Source: an uncultured Gammaproteobacteria bacterium | GTDB taxonomy: Bacteria > Patescibacteriota > Microgenomatia > UBA12405 | DNA length: 60,298 nucleotides | Assembly (NCBI GenBank): GCA_964558195.1 | Contig: CAZLCB010000001.1 | Coordinates: 1 to 60,298, forward strand | Direction: 5' to 3' | Shown: piece after piece, positions 46,323 to 56,661 of the stretch | Numbering within the stretch: position 1 is the first letter of the stretch | Layout: each line of letters starts with the position of its first letter | Program-made: the position numbers and the translations under genes | Notes under the pieces: generated by a model | What the model saw: the letters and a program-made list of their open reading frames with translations, nothing else | Database searches by the model: none | What the model was told of the DNA's origin: nothing

Positions 46323-47570
46323 TTAATTATAAGAAACTGTAGTGCCAATAGGTAGAAGTTCTACCCAAACATTACCGGCGATAAAGTTAACTTCTTTACC
46401 AGATTTATCTTTGAAGATGGTTCGGGAAAGACGATTGGCTTTGGACCAGGTAATTTCTGTTTTTTCACCGTTTTGAACGAGAATACCATTACCACTACCA
46501 ATGACATCATAAAGATTGTGTAGGTGTTCGTCGACAGATCGGGTTTCTTTAACAAATTGGATGACTAAATTTTTTGTAGTGATGGTTTTACTAGTATTGA
46601 AATCGACATGAGCGACTCCGCCGTTGTAGCGTTGATAGTTATTATTGGCTGAGTCATATTTCCAATTTACTGAATAATCCTTGTAACCCGACCAAAAATC
46701 GAAAGAGATATTATTGGCTGTAGGAGAAGAACTAGATTTATCGGTTTGTTTAAATAACCAAGAACGATAATTTTTATCCCAAGAACTTTTTTTGGCTTCA
46801 GTAGAGTTGGTGAGCCCTCTGGTTTCTGCAACATTCCAAAGTTCTTTGGTGGAGCAGTACATAGTGTGTTCAGTAGCTCGTTCATCACCGGTGCGATCCG
46901 GTTCGCGACGGCAAGCCTTGTAGGACAAGGAAAATTGACTCAAATCACTCCAAGTACCTTTATTGTTCCAACCGAAACTCGCTATTTGCTCAATAGCTTG
47001 GGCTTTTTTGTTAGTAGTACAAGGACCACCATCGGTAGCAGCACTACAATTGGCACCACCAACATGGTTATAAAGCGGATAATCAGAATATTCGGAAGCT
47101 AAATCGAGAAAGTAAGTGCGAGCAGAACGAACAGGACCAACATCGTATTTGTTAGCCTCTGAACCAGCAACCTGACCACAGTAAAAAACACCCATAAATC
47201 GAGTAATTCCACCTTCAGCAACAGCTTCATAAACAATATCGGCAGTTTGCAAACCAGATTGTGGCCTGGAGTCTTCATGGTTTTCAATCATTACCATTAG
47301 TGGACGACGTTTAGCCCAGATGGCAGCCTCCTGCTTGGTGTAAAGTTGTCCATTGAGAGGACAGGCTTCAGTTTTTGGACCAGGATAAAGACTGGTGTTG
47401 GTACTTGTTTGTTCTGTTTCTAATGGAGTATCGGTTGCTTTTTTGGAAACGGAACTTAAAAAACCACCATTACTGGCTGGGAGGAAATAGTCAAAAAGAA
47501 AATAAGATATACCACTAATTATTAGGAAAATTCCTACTAATCCAGATATTTTGGTGATTTTGGGGTTCAT
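46323..47570 (-). CDS. DUF3048 domain-containing secreted protein
   Basis: RPLMVMIENHEDSRPQSGLQTADIVYEAVAEGGITRFMGVF is the hallmark DUF3048 N-domain. Confidence 0.75.
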   Translation of the reverse strand: MNPKITKISGLVGIFLIISGISYFLFDYFLPASNGGFLSSVSKKATDTPLETEQTSTNTSLYPGPKTEACPLNGQLYTKQEAAIWAKRRPLMVMIENHEDSRPQSGLQTADIVYEAVAEGGITRFMGVFYCGQVAGSEANKYDVGPVRSARTYFLDLASEYSDYPLYNHVGGANCSAATDGGPCTTNKKAQAIEQIASFGWNNKGTWSDLSQFSLSYKACRREPDRTGDERATEHTMYCSTKELWNVAETRGLTNSTEAKKSSWDKNYRSWLFKQTDKSSSSPTANNISFDFWSGYKDYSVNWKYDSANNNYQRYNGGVAHVDFNTSKTITTKNLVIQFVKETRSVDEHLHNLYDVIGSGNGILVQNGEKTEITWSKANRLSRTIFKDKSGKEVNFIAGNVWVELLPIGTTVSYN

Positions 47571-47577
47571 TTAAATT

Positions 47578-47925
47578 TTAACCTTTAATAGTTTTAACTA
47601 TAGCTAATTTTTCCTCTTTTGACAAAGTGATATTATCACCTTGACCATCTTTAATTGGTTTGGCGTATACACGGGTAATATCGCGATTATGAAGAGAAGA
47701 GACAATTACGCCTGAATTGCTCTGATCTAATATGGTTAAAATAAAACTTTGATCGCCACCAATATTTTCAAAAGGATTATAACGAACAACATTAATTTTA
47801 AGATTATTACTTGACGGTAAATTAATAGACTCTTTGTAAGAAGATTTATTTTTGCGATAAATACCGTAGGTTATAAATCCCAACCAAAAAAGATTTAAAA
47901 AAGTAAGAAAATATAGCAACAGCAT
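47578..47925 (-). CDS. DUF4446 family protein
   Basis: ATG at 47925 (MLLLYFLTFLN...) followed by a TM helix. The segment VVRYNPFENIGGDQSFILTILDQSNSGVIVSSLHNRDITRVYAKPI matches the family pattern. Confidence 0.65.
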   Translation of the reverse strand: MLLLYFLTFLNLFWLGFITYGIYRKNKSSYKESINLPSSNNLKINVVRYNPFENIGGDQSFILTILDQSNSGVIVSSLHNRDITRVYAKPIKDGQGDNITLSKEEKLAIVKTIKG

Positions 47926-47970
47926 ACTTTCATTGTAGCAAAATTTATGTGCTATACTGGCCTTAGAAAG

Positions 47971-48090
47971 ATGATTCAAGAACAAAATAATAGATATATT
48001 AAAAAAGATTTGATTAAAAGCTTGATTTTAAGTTTGGTTTCAATTATGTTGATAGTTGTTATCTATTTATTTGTTAATTTGAGGGGGTGA
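47971..48090 (+). CDS. Possible 39-aa single-TM peptide
   Basis: MIQEQNNRYIKKDLIKSLILSLVSIMLIVVIYLFVNLRG. Its stop overlaps the RBS of the next gene. This is speculative. Confidence 0.25.
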   Translation: MIQEQNNRYIKKDLIKSLILSLVSIMLIVVIYLFVNLRG

Positions 48091-48097
48091 AGCTTAA

Positions 48098-48274
48098 ATG
48101 CCAACCATTAAATTTTATTCTGTTAAATCACGCAAGTCTGTAGAAGTAGACGTATCTCAAGTTAAGAAAGTTATGCTTAAAAACGGTAGACCAGCAGCTG
48201 AAACTGTTGATCCAGAAACCGGTACCAAGATGTTCAAAATCTTGTCTGCCGCTGATGCAGCTTTACTTAAATAA
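48098..48274 (+). CDS. Small basic protein (58 aa), DUF5679-like but lacking the four Cys ligands
   Basis: RBS gagggggtga lies 8 nt upstream. Sequence is MPTIKFYSVKSRKSVEVDVSQVKKVMLKNGRPAAETVDPETGTKMFKILSAADAALLK. It is below the ORF-track cutoff. Confidence 0.55.
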   Translation: MPTIKFYSVKSRKSVEVDVSQVKKVMLKNGRPAAETVDPETGTKMFKILSAADAALLK

Positions 48275-48295
48275 GTAAAAATTTTAAAATAAATT

Positions 48296-48601
48296 AGCCT
48301 TCAGAGAAATTGAAGTGTCTGACCTGACGAAAGCTAACGCAATCTGACGGTAGGAAAGTCCGGACCACAAAAGGTACAGAACCTAAAAATGTAGGGATTT
48401 GGGTAACCAAATGGCAATGCTACAGAGACGAGTAAGCAAGCCGCCTTCGCAAGAAGCTACGGTGAGCCGAAGTGAAACGAGCAACCTTCTGGTGGAAATC
48501 TCAAGTTGAGACATCAATATCTAACCTTTGAGAGTCTCAGGTAGGGAGAATAGATAGATGACACATAAACAGAATCCGGCTTAACAATTTCTTTGAAGGC
48601 T
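48296..48601 (+). ncRNA. rnpB: RNase P RNA, bacterial type A, compact (~306 nt)
   Basis: P1 pairs agccttcagagaaattg with caatttctttgaaggct. The P4 strands GAAAGUCCGGAC and ACAGAAUCCGGCUUA are present. Confidence 0.9.
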
Positions 48602-48611
48602 TTTGTTTGGA

Positions 48612-49586
48612 CTATTTTTTATTCATCAAGACTTTTACAACAGTTTCGAGTGTAAGAAATATAGGTAAAGCTAAGATTGCTCCAATAACACCACCAAGCT
48701 TGGCACCGGCAGCAATAAGTAAGATAGTGACTAGTGGATTAAAACCGACCGTTTGCTTCATGACACGAGGGACAATGATGTTGTTTTCTAATTGTTGGAT
48801 AACAATACCAACAATAACGGTTAAGATTCCGATTAATGGAGAAACAGTAAATCCGACTAAAGCAGCTACTAATGTGGCAACTGTAGGACCAATAGACGGG
48901 ACGGCTTCAAGTAAACCAGCAAAAATAGCTAAAGGAACAGCGTATTTAAGTCCAAGTGATAAATAAGCTATATAGGAAATGCCACCAATAATGGTCATAA
49001 GGAAAAATTCAGCAGTAACCCAACTACCAAGTCGATTTTCGAGACGTTCGATGATAGCAATGGCTTTTTTTTGACCATTTTCACCGAACATTTCTAAACT
49101 ATACTTAGGAAAATTTTTCTTTTCCAGTAAGAGGTAGAAGGTAAGAAACATAATAACAAAAGCAGAAATAACATTTGAGACTAATGAAATGGCAGTCTTA
49201 GCAATACCTCCGGGAAGATTTTCGAGAATTTTAAATTGAGATGATAGATCAATCGGATTCGTACCGAGGATTTTGATGTTGCTAAGAGTGCTAGGTAATG
49301 TCTGAACTAATCCAGCAGTTTGTTCAACCAAGATTGGAACAATACCAGCAACTGCAAAAGAAATAACTGCCAAGATAATAATATAGACGATTAGAATAGC
49401 TAATGGTCGGGGAATTTTAAATTTTTCCAAACGAACAATGGCAGGATTAACAGCTTCCATAAAAACAAAACTAATGAAGAGAAGAACGATGAGAGCACGA
49501 ACTTGCCAAAGTAAAAACAAAGAAAGTAGAAATAAAACGGTAAACACTACAGTTTTGGTAGAAACTTCAAATTTTTTATTGATCAT
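48612..49586 (-). CDS. AI-2E family transporter (PerM/UPF0118)
   Basis: 324 aa with about 8 TM helices. The C-terminal pattern IGPTVA...P.....V.QQLENNIIVPRVM is characteristic. Confidence 0.85.
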   Translation of the reverse strand: MINKKFEVSTKTVVFTVLFLLSLFLLWQVRALIVLLFISFVFMEAVNPAIVRLEKFKIPRPLAILIVYIIILAVISFAVAGIVPILVEQTAGLVQTLPSTLSNIKILGTNPIDLSSQFKILENLPGGIAKTAISLVSNVISAFVIMFLTFYLLLEKKNFPKYSLEMFGENGQKKAIAIIERLENRLGSWVTAEFFLMTIIGGISYIAYLSLGLKYAVPLAIFAGLLEAVPSIGPTVATLVAALVGFTVSPLIGILTVIVGIVIQQLENNIIVPRVMKQTVGFNPLVTILLIAAGAKLGGVIGAILALPIFLTLETVVKVLMNKK

Positions 49587-50506
49587 ACCTTAGTATACCA
49601 TCGGGAAACCAGGGTTAATATTTGTTTTTTGAACTGGGGATTGGTAATGTCAAAAAAACAGGCACCGGATTTAGTTTTAAACCAACAACTTTGACGTCGG
49701 GCATCAGAATGTTCGGCATAAGACCAGAGTTGGAGACAGAAGGCCAAGTCTTTTTTATTTTCAAAATATGGACGAAGGCATTGGTAAGCCCCAATTTGCA
49801 TACCGGGATCAGACCATTTATATTTTTTTAATAATTTAGTTATTTCGCTTAAAAACCCAATTTGCATGCGTTTATTAACCCGTGTATCAATGCGTTGATA
49901 AAGAAAATCGAGTGGAGCGGTGAGAGAAATATGTAAGATGTCGAAACCCTCCCCTAACCCCTCCCTTGACAAGGCGGGGAACTGTTTTTTTTTGGTTAAA
50001 TTTGCTATTTTAATTTCTATTTTTCTGGTTAAACGATAATGATTATTAACGTCGGAATGATTTAGTTTAGAAAAGTTCTCCGGGTCTAAAAATTGATAAA
50101 TTTTTTGTAAAAATTTTACCGAACAAAGACGAGAAATAAAACGCCAAAATTTATGAGGTTTAACCGAAAACGTGGTGTAATTAGGATTAATTAAAGAGTC
50201 AATATAAAAACCACTGCAACCAACTAAAATAGGTAACTTGTTTCGGGATTGAATTTCAGTAATAGTTTGGAGGCCAATTTTTTGAAAATCAGCCACGGAA
50301 AATTTTTGATCAGGAGTGATGATATCGATTAAATGAATTGGTGTTTCTTCTGGTTGATCTTTGCCAGTACCAATATCCATACCTTTGTAGATTTGACACG
50401 AATCGCCAGAGACTAATTCCCCATTGTATTTTTTTGCCAATTCCACAGCCAAATCGGTTTTGCCGGTAGCAGTGGGACCAGAAATGACTAAAAGTTTGTT
50501 AAGCAT
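49583..50506 (-). CDS. miaA: tRNA dimethylallyltransferase
   Basis: ATG at 50506 ([25 protein letters not shown]), overlapping the ychF stop by 8 nt. The longer ORF to 50794 is a shadow extension. Confidence 0.9.
   Translation of the reverse strand: MLNKLLVISGPTATGKTDLAVELAKKYNGELVSGDSCQIYKGMDIGTGKDQPEETPIHLIDIITPDQKFSVADFQKIGLQTITEIQSRNKLPILVGCSGFYIDSLINPNYTTFSVKPHKFWRFISRLCSVKFLQKIYQFLDPENFSKLNHSDVNNHYRLTRKIEIKIANLTKKKQFPALSREGLGEGFDILHISLTAPLDFLYQRIDTRVNKRMQIGFLSEITKLLKKYKWSDPGMQIGAYQCLRPYFENKKDLAFCLQLWSYAEHSDARRQSCWFKTKSGACFFDITNPQFKKQILTLVSRWYTKV
49945..49985. repeat. Related palindromic element inside the miaA CDS
   Basis: aaccctcccctaacccctcccttgacaaggcggggaactg. The hairpin spans 49959-49979. 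It encodes FPALSREGLGEGF on the minus strand. Confidence 0.55.
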
Positions 50507-51569
50507 TGATTCTAAATTCAACGACGTCGTCGGGGCGCATAATGTAATCACGACCTTCGTGACGAAGTTTGCCTGCATCTTTGGCACCGAGTGGGCCATT
50601 ACAAGCCACAAAATCTTGATAAGAAACAACTTCAGCCATAATGAAACCTTTTTCAAAATCAGTGTGAATGGCAGCGGCAGCTTTGGGAGCAGTATCCCCT
50701 TTTTTGATAGTCCAAGCGCGAACTTCTTTGACACCAGCGGTGTAATAAGACTGAAGACCAAGAGTGTCGTAGGCTTTTTGAATAACTCGCTCAAGACCAG
50801 ATTGAGAAACGCCTAATTCTTTCAAATAACTTTTTCGTTCTTCAGAGTTTAATTCAGATAAATCAAATTCGATTTTGGCGCAAACTGGAACAACTGATTC
50901 ATAATTTTCAATTTTCAAATTAAAATTAGCTATGTTTTGATAAGTATCTTCATCAACATTGGCGACAATAAAATATGGTTTGGCAGTAAGTAAGAAAAAT
51001 TCTTTTAATAAATCTTTTTCTTCGTCGTCAAGTTTTAAATTGACAGCCAAGATCCCTTTTTCAAGTTCGGTTTTTAACTTTTGAGCCAAAATAAATTTTT
51101 TACTAATTTTTTCTTTGGCATTATTTTTGTTGGTATCAATGTATTTATCGATAGTTTCTAAATCTTTGATAATTAACTCAGCACAAATAACTTCAAAATC
51201 TCCTTGAGGATCAACAGAACCTTCCTTAATAATATTGGCATCAGAAAAAGCACGAACGACATGGCAAATAGCATCGCAATCGCGAATGTTAGTTAAAAAT
51301 TTGTTACCTAAGCCCTCGCCTTGAGAGGCACCTTTGACTAAACCGGCAATATCAACAAATTCGACAATAGCTGGGACAATCTTGTCGGTTTTGACAATTT
51401 CAGCTAAAACCGGGAGTTTTTCGTCGGGAACTTCAACAACACCAACATTAGGGTCAATAGTGCAAAAAGGATAATTGCTGGCATCAGCAACACGTTTACC
51501 CAAAAGGGCGTTGAATAAAGTGGACTTACCGACGTTGGGTAAACCAACAATTCCGATGGATAATTTCAT
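50499..51569 (-). CDS. ychF: Ribosome-binding ATPase YchF
   Basis: [18 protein letters not shown] with a TGS-like C-terminus ([22 protein letters not shown]). Confidence 0.95.
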   Translation of the reverse strand: MKLSIGIVGLPNVGKSTLFNALLGKRVADASNYPFCTIDPNVGVVEVPDEKLPVLAEIVKTDKIVPAIVEFVDIAGLVKGASQGEGLGNKFLTNIRDCDAICHVVRAFSDANIIKEGSVDPQGDFEVICAELIIKDLETIDKYIDTNKNNAKEKISKKFILAQKLKTELEKGILAVNLKLDDEEKDLLKEFFLLTAKPYFIVANVDEDTYQNIANFNLKIENYESVVPVCAKIEFDLSELNSEERKSYLKELGVSQSGLERVIQKAYDTLGLQSYYTAGVKEVRAWTIKKGDTAPKAAAAIHTDFEKGFIMAEVVSYQDFVACNGPLGAKDAGKLRHEGRDYIMRPDDVVEFRINA

Positions 51570-51581
51570 AAAGGTATTTTA

Positions 51582-52085
51582 CTATAAATTTGGCTTAAAT
51601 TCGGAGAGAAATTTAAAAACATTATCGGGAATAAAATTTAAAATATTGGGGTCTTTCTCGGAAATCATTTGACGGATATTGGTGGCGCGGGATGGAAGAA
51701 TAGTGGGAGTGAGATGTTCGAAATTATGGCCATAATTTACAAAACAATCGGAAGTATAAGAATTATCGGTAAAAAGACAGGTATTGGATTCGTTGATTTG
51801 AGGGAAAAAAGTTTTAACATGGTCGGCGTATTTTGGCGGATTGTGAATATCAGGAATAATTTGAATTTGATAAGGAAAATTTAATTGATCTAAATTGGGA
51901 ATTAATAAGTTTTTGACTTGTTGAGCCGTAAGAAAATTTTTATCATCAATAATTCCAGAATCACCAACACCAATTAAAAGTTGTTGAATACCGGATTTGA
52001 TAACTTCCTTGAAGAATTCTAAATGATGGAGACATGGTGGCTGAAAACGACCAATAATCAGACCAAATTGTTTATTTGTTTTCAC
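51582..52085 (-). CDS. Cytidylyltransferase-family protein, NMN adenylyltransferase-like
   Basis: GLIIGRFQPPCLHHLEF resembles the GRFQP.H.GH nucleotidyltransferase motif. Confidence 0.6.
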   Translation of the reverse strand: MKTNKQFGLIIGRFQPPCLHHLEFFKEVIKSGIQQLLIGVGDSGIIDDKNFLTAQQVKNLLIPNLDQLNFPYQIQIIPDIHNPPKYADHVKTFFPQINESNTCLFTDNSYTSDCFVNYGHNFEHLTPTILPSRATNIRQMISEKDPNILNFIPDNVFKFLSEFKPNL

Positions 52086-52614
52086 TAGTTATTAATTTAT
52101 ATTTTAATAAAATTGAACCTCTACTATTTAATTTTTGTAAATCGATAAGTTGATATTTTTGAAAAATATTTAAATCGTCAAATAGATTTTGGCCGTTGCC
52201 AAAAATATATGGTTCGATGGTTAAAAAAATTTCGTTAATTAAATTTTGTTTTAAAAATAAGGAATAAATTTGGCTACCACCTAAGATTAAAATTTGTTTG
52301 TATTTTGGGAAATATTGCAATGAAATTTCTTTGGGAGTTAGAGAAGTAAATTCAAGATGTTTTGAAATCTTGAGGTGAGAATATTTTTTGGGATTTTTGG
52401 TTAAAACTAATCTAAGTGGACCATGGGTTAAATCCATTTTTGAAGAATTGACTTGATAAGTTTTACGGCCCATAACGATTAAATCTGATTCTTTTATAAG
52501 GTTAGTGAAATATTTTTGATCTTCAGGTGATGTCCAAGAAAATGAATCGCCATTTGAACCGCGAGTAATTTTATTATCAATAGAAGTGGCGGCAACTAAA
52601 ATAACTTTGGACAT
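52072..52614 (-). CDS. Dihydrofolate reductase-like (RibD C-terminal domain) protein
   Basis: ILVAATSIDNKIT, ...LIVMGRKTY and ILILGGSQIYSLFL motifs. Confidence 0.65.
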   Translation of the reverse strand: MSKVILVAATSIDNKITRGSNGDSFSWTSPEDQKYFTNLIKESDLIVMGRKTYQVNSSKMDLTHGPLRLVLTKNPKKYSHLKISKHLEFTSLTPKEISLQYFPKYKQILILGGSQIYSLFLKQNLINEIFLTIEPYIFGNGQNLFDDLNIFQKYQLIDLQKLNSRGSILLKYKLITSENK

Positions 52615-52629
52615 AACTGATTATACTAA

Positions 52630-52676
52630 AACCAAAAACTCCCCCGATTAACGAGGGAGTTTCCGCCAGAGGCGGA
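52630..52676 (-). terminator. Tandem hairpins terminating hup
   Basis: On the minus strand: tccgcc tct ggcgga, then actccc...gggagt, followed by tttttggtttt. Confidence 0.65.
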
Positions 52677-52693
52677 TTTAATTTGGAAAGAAA

Positions 52694-52966
52694 TTATTTG
52701 ACCAATTTCTTGATCTTGGTGCCAGGAATATAGCGAGGCATACGGCGAGCAACAATTTTCTTAGCTTCTTTTGAACCAATAGCTTTGATGGTTTTAGCTT
52801 TGAACATTTTAGTTTTGAAGGTTCCAAAACCAGAGAGTTTAACGGTTTCGCCACTGGAGAGAGCTTTCATGATTTCAGATAAGAAAGTTTCGACAGCTTG
52901 TTTGGCAGCCTTTTTGCTGAGTTTTGCCTTTTGAGAGACAGACTCGATGAGATCTTTTTTGGTCAT
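52694..52966 (-). CDS. hup: DNA-binding protein HU
   Basis: 90 aa with MTKKDLIESVSQKA...GFGTFK...R.P.TG. Confidence 0.9.
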   Translation of the reverse strand: MTKKDLIESVSQKAKLSKKAAKQAVETFLSEIMKALSSGETVKLSGFGTFKTKMFKAKTIKAIGSKEAKKIVARRMPRYIPGTKIKKLVK

Positions 52967-53035
52967 TTTTGTTTTTTATTTTTCAATAAATAATTAACTT
53001 AATAATAGCGGATAATACCGAAATTGCAAGTAAAT

Positions 53036-54658
53036 TTAGTCTTCTTTTACCGCATTTTTGTTGATTTTTGGAGCAGCAATAACACTACTAGTACGAAGTT
53101 CACGAATAACAGTGACTTTGATTTGACCAGCCCATTTTGCTTCTTCTTCCAGTTTTTCGGCAATATTTTGACTTAGGACTTCTGCCTCGGAGTCAGAAAC
53201 TTGCGAAGGTTCGACAATAACGACAACTTCCCTACCGGCTTGATAAGCAGCAACACTAATAACACCAGCAAAACCTTTAGCAACTTCTTCGATATTCTTC
53301 ATACGCTTAAGATATTCTTCGTGAACTTCGTAACGAGCACCAGGTCGAGCACCAGAAGCGGCATCACCAATATAAACGATGACCGATTCAATGGAAGAAA
53401 ATTCTTTGTCTTCGTGGTGTTCGGCTACACAGTTGATGACTTTTTCAGGGATTTTATATTTTCTGAGTAGGTCGACACCTAAATCAATGTGGGTACCTTC
53501 CTGATCAGCAACAATTTTACCAATGTCGTGAAGTAAAGCGCCTAAACGAACAGTGTTAACATCAGCCTTGAGCTCATAAGCAATGCCAATAGCAATTTTG
53601 GTAGCTTCAATTGTATGTTTGGCTAAATTTTGACCGTAGGAAAAACGGAATTTGTATTTGCCGATTTCCTTAATTAAGTCGAGAGGCAAATTAAAAGCAC
53701 CAACTTCCTGACACAATTTTTTACCTTCGTTAATAAGGATTTTATCCATGTCGTTTTTGGTTTGAGCCACGATCTGTTCAATCTTGAGAGGTTGAATACG
53801 ACCGTCTTTAACCAATTTTTCGAGAGCGATACGGGCAATTTCACGGCGAGTGGAATCGAAAGATGAAATGCGAATATCATTGGTTTCATCAAGTTCAAGT
53901 TCAACGCCAGTGGCTTTTTCGAAAGCACGAATATTGCGACCTTCACGGCCAATAATTTTACCTTTGGCAGCTTCGTCGGCAAGAGAAATAGTAGAAACAG
54001 TGTATTCAGCAACATAGTCAGTAACACCATGACGGATATTATCGACAATAACTTCTTTGGTAATTTCTTCTTCTTTTTGACGAATTTCATCACGAGCTTC
54101 TTCGATTTTTTTGGCAACCCAAGAACTCATTTTCTTTTCAGTACTACTAATGACCAATTGTTTGGCCTTTTCAACATCAAGACCGGAAATAACTTCGAGT
54201 TTATCGAGTTGTTTGCGATAGAGATCGTCGACACTAGCCAGTTTGTTTTTTAAATCTAACGACTGTTGGTCGAGAGATTTTTCTTTTTGAATTAAATAGC
54301 GTTCTTTTTCATCAAGAGAAGTTAATCGGTGAAAAATTTCAGCTTCTTTAGCTTTAGCATCGGCTTCAACTTTTTTGGCATTTTGAAGAATGGCTTGAGC
54401 TTGAGCATTGGCTCGATCAATTTCTTCTTTGGAAACTGATGGTTGAGCTACTGGCTGAGCAACAGGCTGAACAGATGGTTTAGTTGGACTAAAAACGACC
54501 CGATTTTTATCATCAGTATCTTCAGTGATAACTGACTGTTTAACAGTTTCTTTTTCTTTTGTAACCTTTGCTGTTTCTTTTTTGGCAACTGGTTTTTGAA
54601 CGGTAGTTGTAGGTGAAGAAAATAACCCTTTGACCTTAGTCAAGAAAAAATCTAACAT
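53036..54658 (-). CDS. rny: Ribonuclease Y
   Basis: N-terminal anchor and coiled coil, KH domain (GKIIGREGRNIRAFE) and HD domain (LLHDIGK). Confidence 0.9.
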   Translation of the reverse strand: MLDFFLTKVKGLFSSPTTTVQKPVAKKETAKVTKEKETVKQSVITEDTDDKNRVVFSPTKPSVQPVAQPVAQPSVSKEEIDRANAQAQAILQNAKKVEADAKAKEAEIFHRLTSLDEKERYLIQKEKSLDQQSLDLKNKLASVDDLYRKQLDKLEVISGLDVEKAKQLVISSTEKKMSSWVAKKIEEARDEIRQKEEEITKEVIVDNIRHGVTDYVAEYTVSTISLADEAAKGKIIGREGRNIRAFEKATGVELELDETNDIRISSFDSTRREIARIALEKLVKDGRIQPLKIEQIVAQTKNDMDKILINEGKKLCQEVGAFNLPLDLIKEIGKYKFRFSYGQNLAKHTIEATKIAIGIAYELKADVNTVRLGALLHDIGKIVADQEGTHIDLGVDLLRKYKIPEKVINCVAEHHEDKEFSSIESVIVYIGDAASGARPGARYEVHEEYLKRMKNIEEVAKGFAGVISVAAYQAGREVVVIVEPSQVSDSEAEVLSQNIAEKLEEEAKWAGQIKVTVIRELRTSSVIAAPKINKNAVKED

Positions 54659-54805
54659 GAATCCTCCAATACTTTTACTTTTTACGACACAACCGTGGCA
54701 GGCTTTTTAGGAAATCAAAAGACAAGAAAACATAAGAGTGTGTTTAAGTAAAAAGTTAAAAAATTAAATTAATGATTAATAAGTTTAAAATGAAATCAGT
54801 ATATT

Positions 54806-55447
54806 TTACTGTAATGAGAGGTAATCGTCAATTGCCGCCTTAATATCGGAAATATCGAATCCTTGGCGAAAAAGTGAGGCGTACAACTTATTTTTCGCCT
54901 GGAAATTAGATAAAATTTCTCGATTTACCCGTTTTTTAGCTAAAATTCGCTTGATTGAGTCAACATCATTGTTTTTTTCTAACTTTAGATTAGAGACATC
55001 AACACCCTTTTGAGACAAAAGAAATTTAATTTGATTAGCTGACTTGCGGTGATTTTTGGCAATAAAACTTTTAATAAAATCATCCTGATTAAGAAGATTT
55101 CTGGAATTTAGCTGGTTAATAATCGTAGAAATTATTTGGTCTGTTTTAAAACCAATAAAATGTTTATATTTTCGTCCAGTTTTAAGAAAAAATAATTTTA
55201 ATTTTTGAGAAATTATTTTTTGGGTTTTGGGAGAAATGGCGACTTGACGCAAGGCATATTCCCATCCTAAGTAGAATAAGGCAGCAGAAATAATTTGGGG
55301 AAATTTTTCTTCATCGATAGTCTGATTTTTTTGTAAAGAAAGTTTAACGACATCATCGATAAAAAACGGTAAATATGAGTCGTCAGAAAAGATCAGATTA
55401 ACCCGATTAGGTACTCGACTGGTTTTAATATTAGTTAAGACCAACAT
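54806..55447 (-). CDS. recX: Recombination regulator RecX
   Basis: 213-aa helical-repeat protein whose start overlaps the recA stop codon by 1 nt. Confidence 0.8.
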   Translation of the reverse strand: MLVLTNIKTSRVPNRVNLIFSDDSYLPFFIDDVVKLSLQKNQTIDEEKFPQIISAALFYLGWEYALRQVAISPKTQKIISQKLKLFFLKTGRKYKHFIGFKTDQIISTIINQLNSRNLLNQDDFIKSFIAKNHRKSANQIKFLLSQKGVDVSNLKLEKNNDVDSIKRILAKKRVNREILSNFQAKNKLYASLFRQGFDISDIKAAIDDYLSLQ

Positions 55448-56535
55448 TATTCTTCGTCTTGAGAATTTGAAGAAGGGTTAGTAGTTTCACCAGATTCTGC
55501 AGCAGATTTGATTTTGGCCCAAATTTTGTCGCGATATTCTTTGGCAATTTTGGGATTTTCTTTGAAGAATTTTTTGGCACCTTCGCGACCTTGAATATTT
55601 TGATCACCAACTTTGAAGAAAGCACCAGCTTTGGTGATTAACCCATGTTGAACAGCTAAATCAACTAAGCCGCCAAAAACAGAAATACCTTCAGTATTCA
55701 TAATGTCGAATTCGGCCTCTTTGAATGGAGGAGCAACTTTATTTTTGATAATACGAGCGCGGTGTTGAGAACCAATAGCCTCACCAGAAGAAGTTTTGAT
55801 GTTGGCAATTTTTCGTAAATCAATACGAACTGAGGCATAAAATTTGAGAGCCAAACCACCAGGAGTAGTTTCAGGATTACCAAACATAACGCCGATCTTT
55901 TGGCGAATTTGATTAGTAAAGATAACTACAGCTTTGGATTTGGAAATAGCACCGGTAAGTTTGCGAAGAGCTTGAGACATGAGACGGGCTTGAACACCCA
56001 TCATCGAATCCCCCATTTCACCTTCGATTTCGGCTTTGGGAACTAAAGCAGCAACAGAATCGACAACGATAACGTCGACAGCGTTGGAACGAACCAAGGT
56101 TTCGACGATTTCGAGAGCTTGTTCACCATTGTCTGGCTGAGAAATTAAAAGATTATCTAAATTGACACCAACAGTAGCAGCACGAAGAGGATCAAGAGCG
56201 TGTTCGACGTCAATAAAAGCACAAGTACCATCAAGTTTTTGAGCTTCGGCAACAACATGAAGACAGACGGTAGTTTTACCGGAGGCTTCTGGTCCAAAAA
56301 TTTCACTAATGCGACCACGAGGTAAACCACCAACACCCAAAGCAATATCGAGAGGTAAACAACCAGTAGGAATAACTTCAATAGACATGTCGGCTTGCTT
56401 TTCACCCATTTTCATAATGGCACCATCACCAAAAGCTTTAGTAATTTGTTCCATAGCGACACGAATAGCTTCGTTTTTTTGACTTTGATTAGCACCGGCA
56501 GCAGCACCTTTTTGAATTTCTTTTTTCTTTTTCAT
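55447..56535 (-). CDS. recA: Recombinase RecA
   Basis: GPEASGKTT Walker [10 protein letters not shown] and [20 protein letters not shown] motifs. Confidence 0.97.
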   Translation of the reverse strand: MKKKKEIQKGAAAGANQSQKNEAIRVAMEQITKAFGDGAIMKMGEKQADMSIEVIPTGCLPLDIALGVGGLPRGRISEIFGPEASGKTTVCLHVVAEAQKLDGTCAFIDVEHALDPLRAATVGVNLDNLLISQPDNGEQALEIVETLVRSNAVDVIVVDSVAALVPKAEIEGEMGDSMMGVQARLMSQALRKLTGAISKSKAVVIFTNQIRQKIGVMFGNPETTPGGLALKFYASVRIDLRKIANIKTSSGEAIGSQHRARIIKNKVAPPFKEAEFDIMNTEGISVFGGLVDLAVQHGLITKAGAFFKVGDQNIQGREGAKKFFKENPKIAKEYRDKIWAKIKSAAESGETTNPSSNSQDEE

Positions 56536-56661
56536 AAATTTATATTTTTAATTAACTGTATTAGTGATATCAGCTTTAAGCCACTTGAGTCAAGGTATCA
56601 AACACGAATAAAAGACGAAGTCTGGTAAATTGAGAATAAAAAAAGTAAAATACACAAGCAA

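Noticed and set aside
50507-50794. N-terminal extensions offered by the ORF track: miaA to 50794, uppP to 59526, argS from 7210, dus to 19492, MFS to 20666, pyk from 25013 and PBP to 37111.
   Set aside because: The extensions overlap the neighbouring gene or a terminator and lack family-conserved sequence. Internal ATGs give canonical N-termini.
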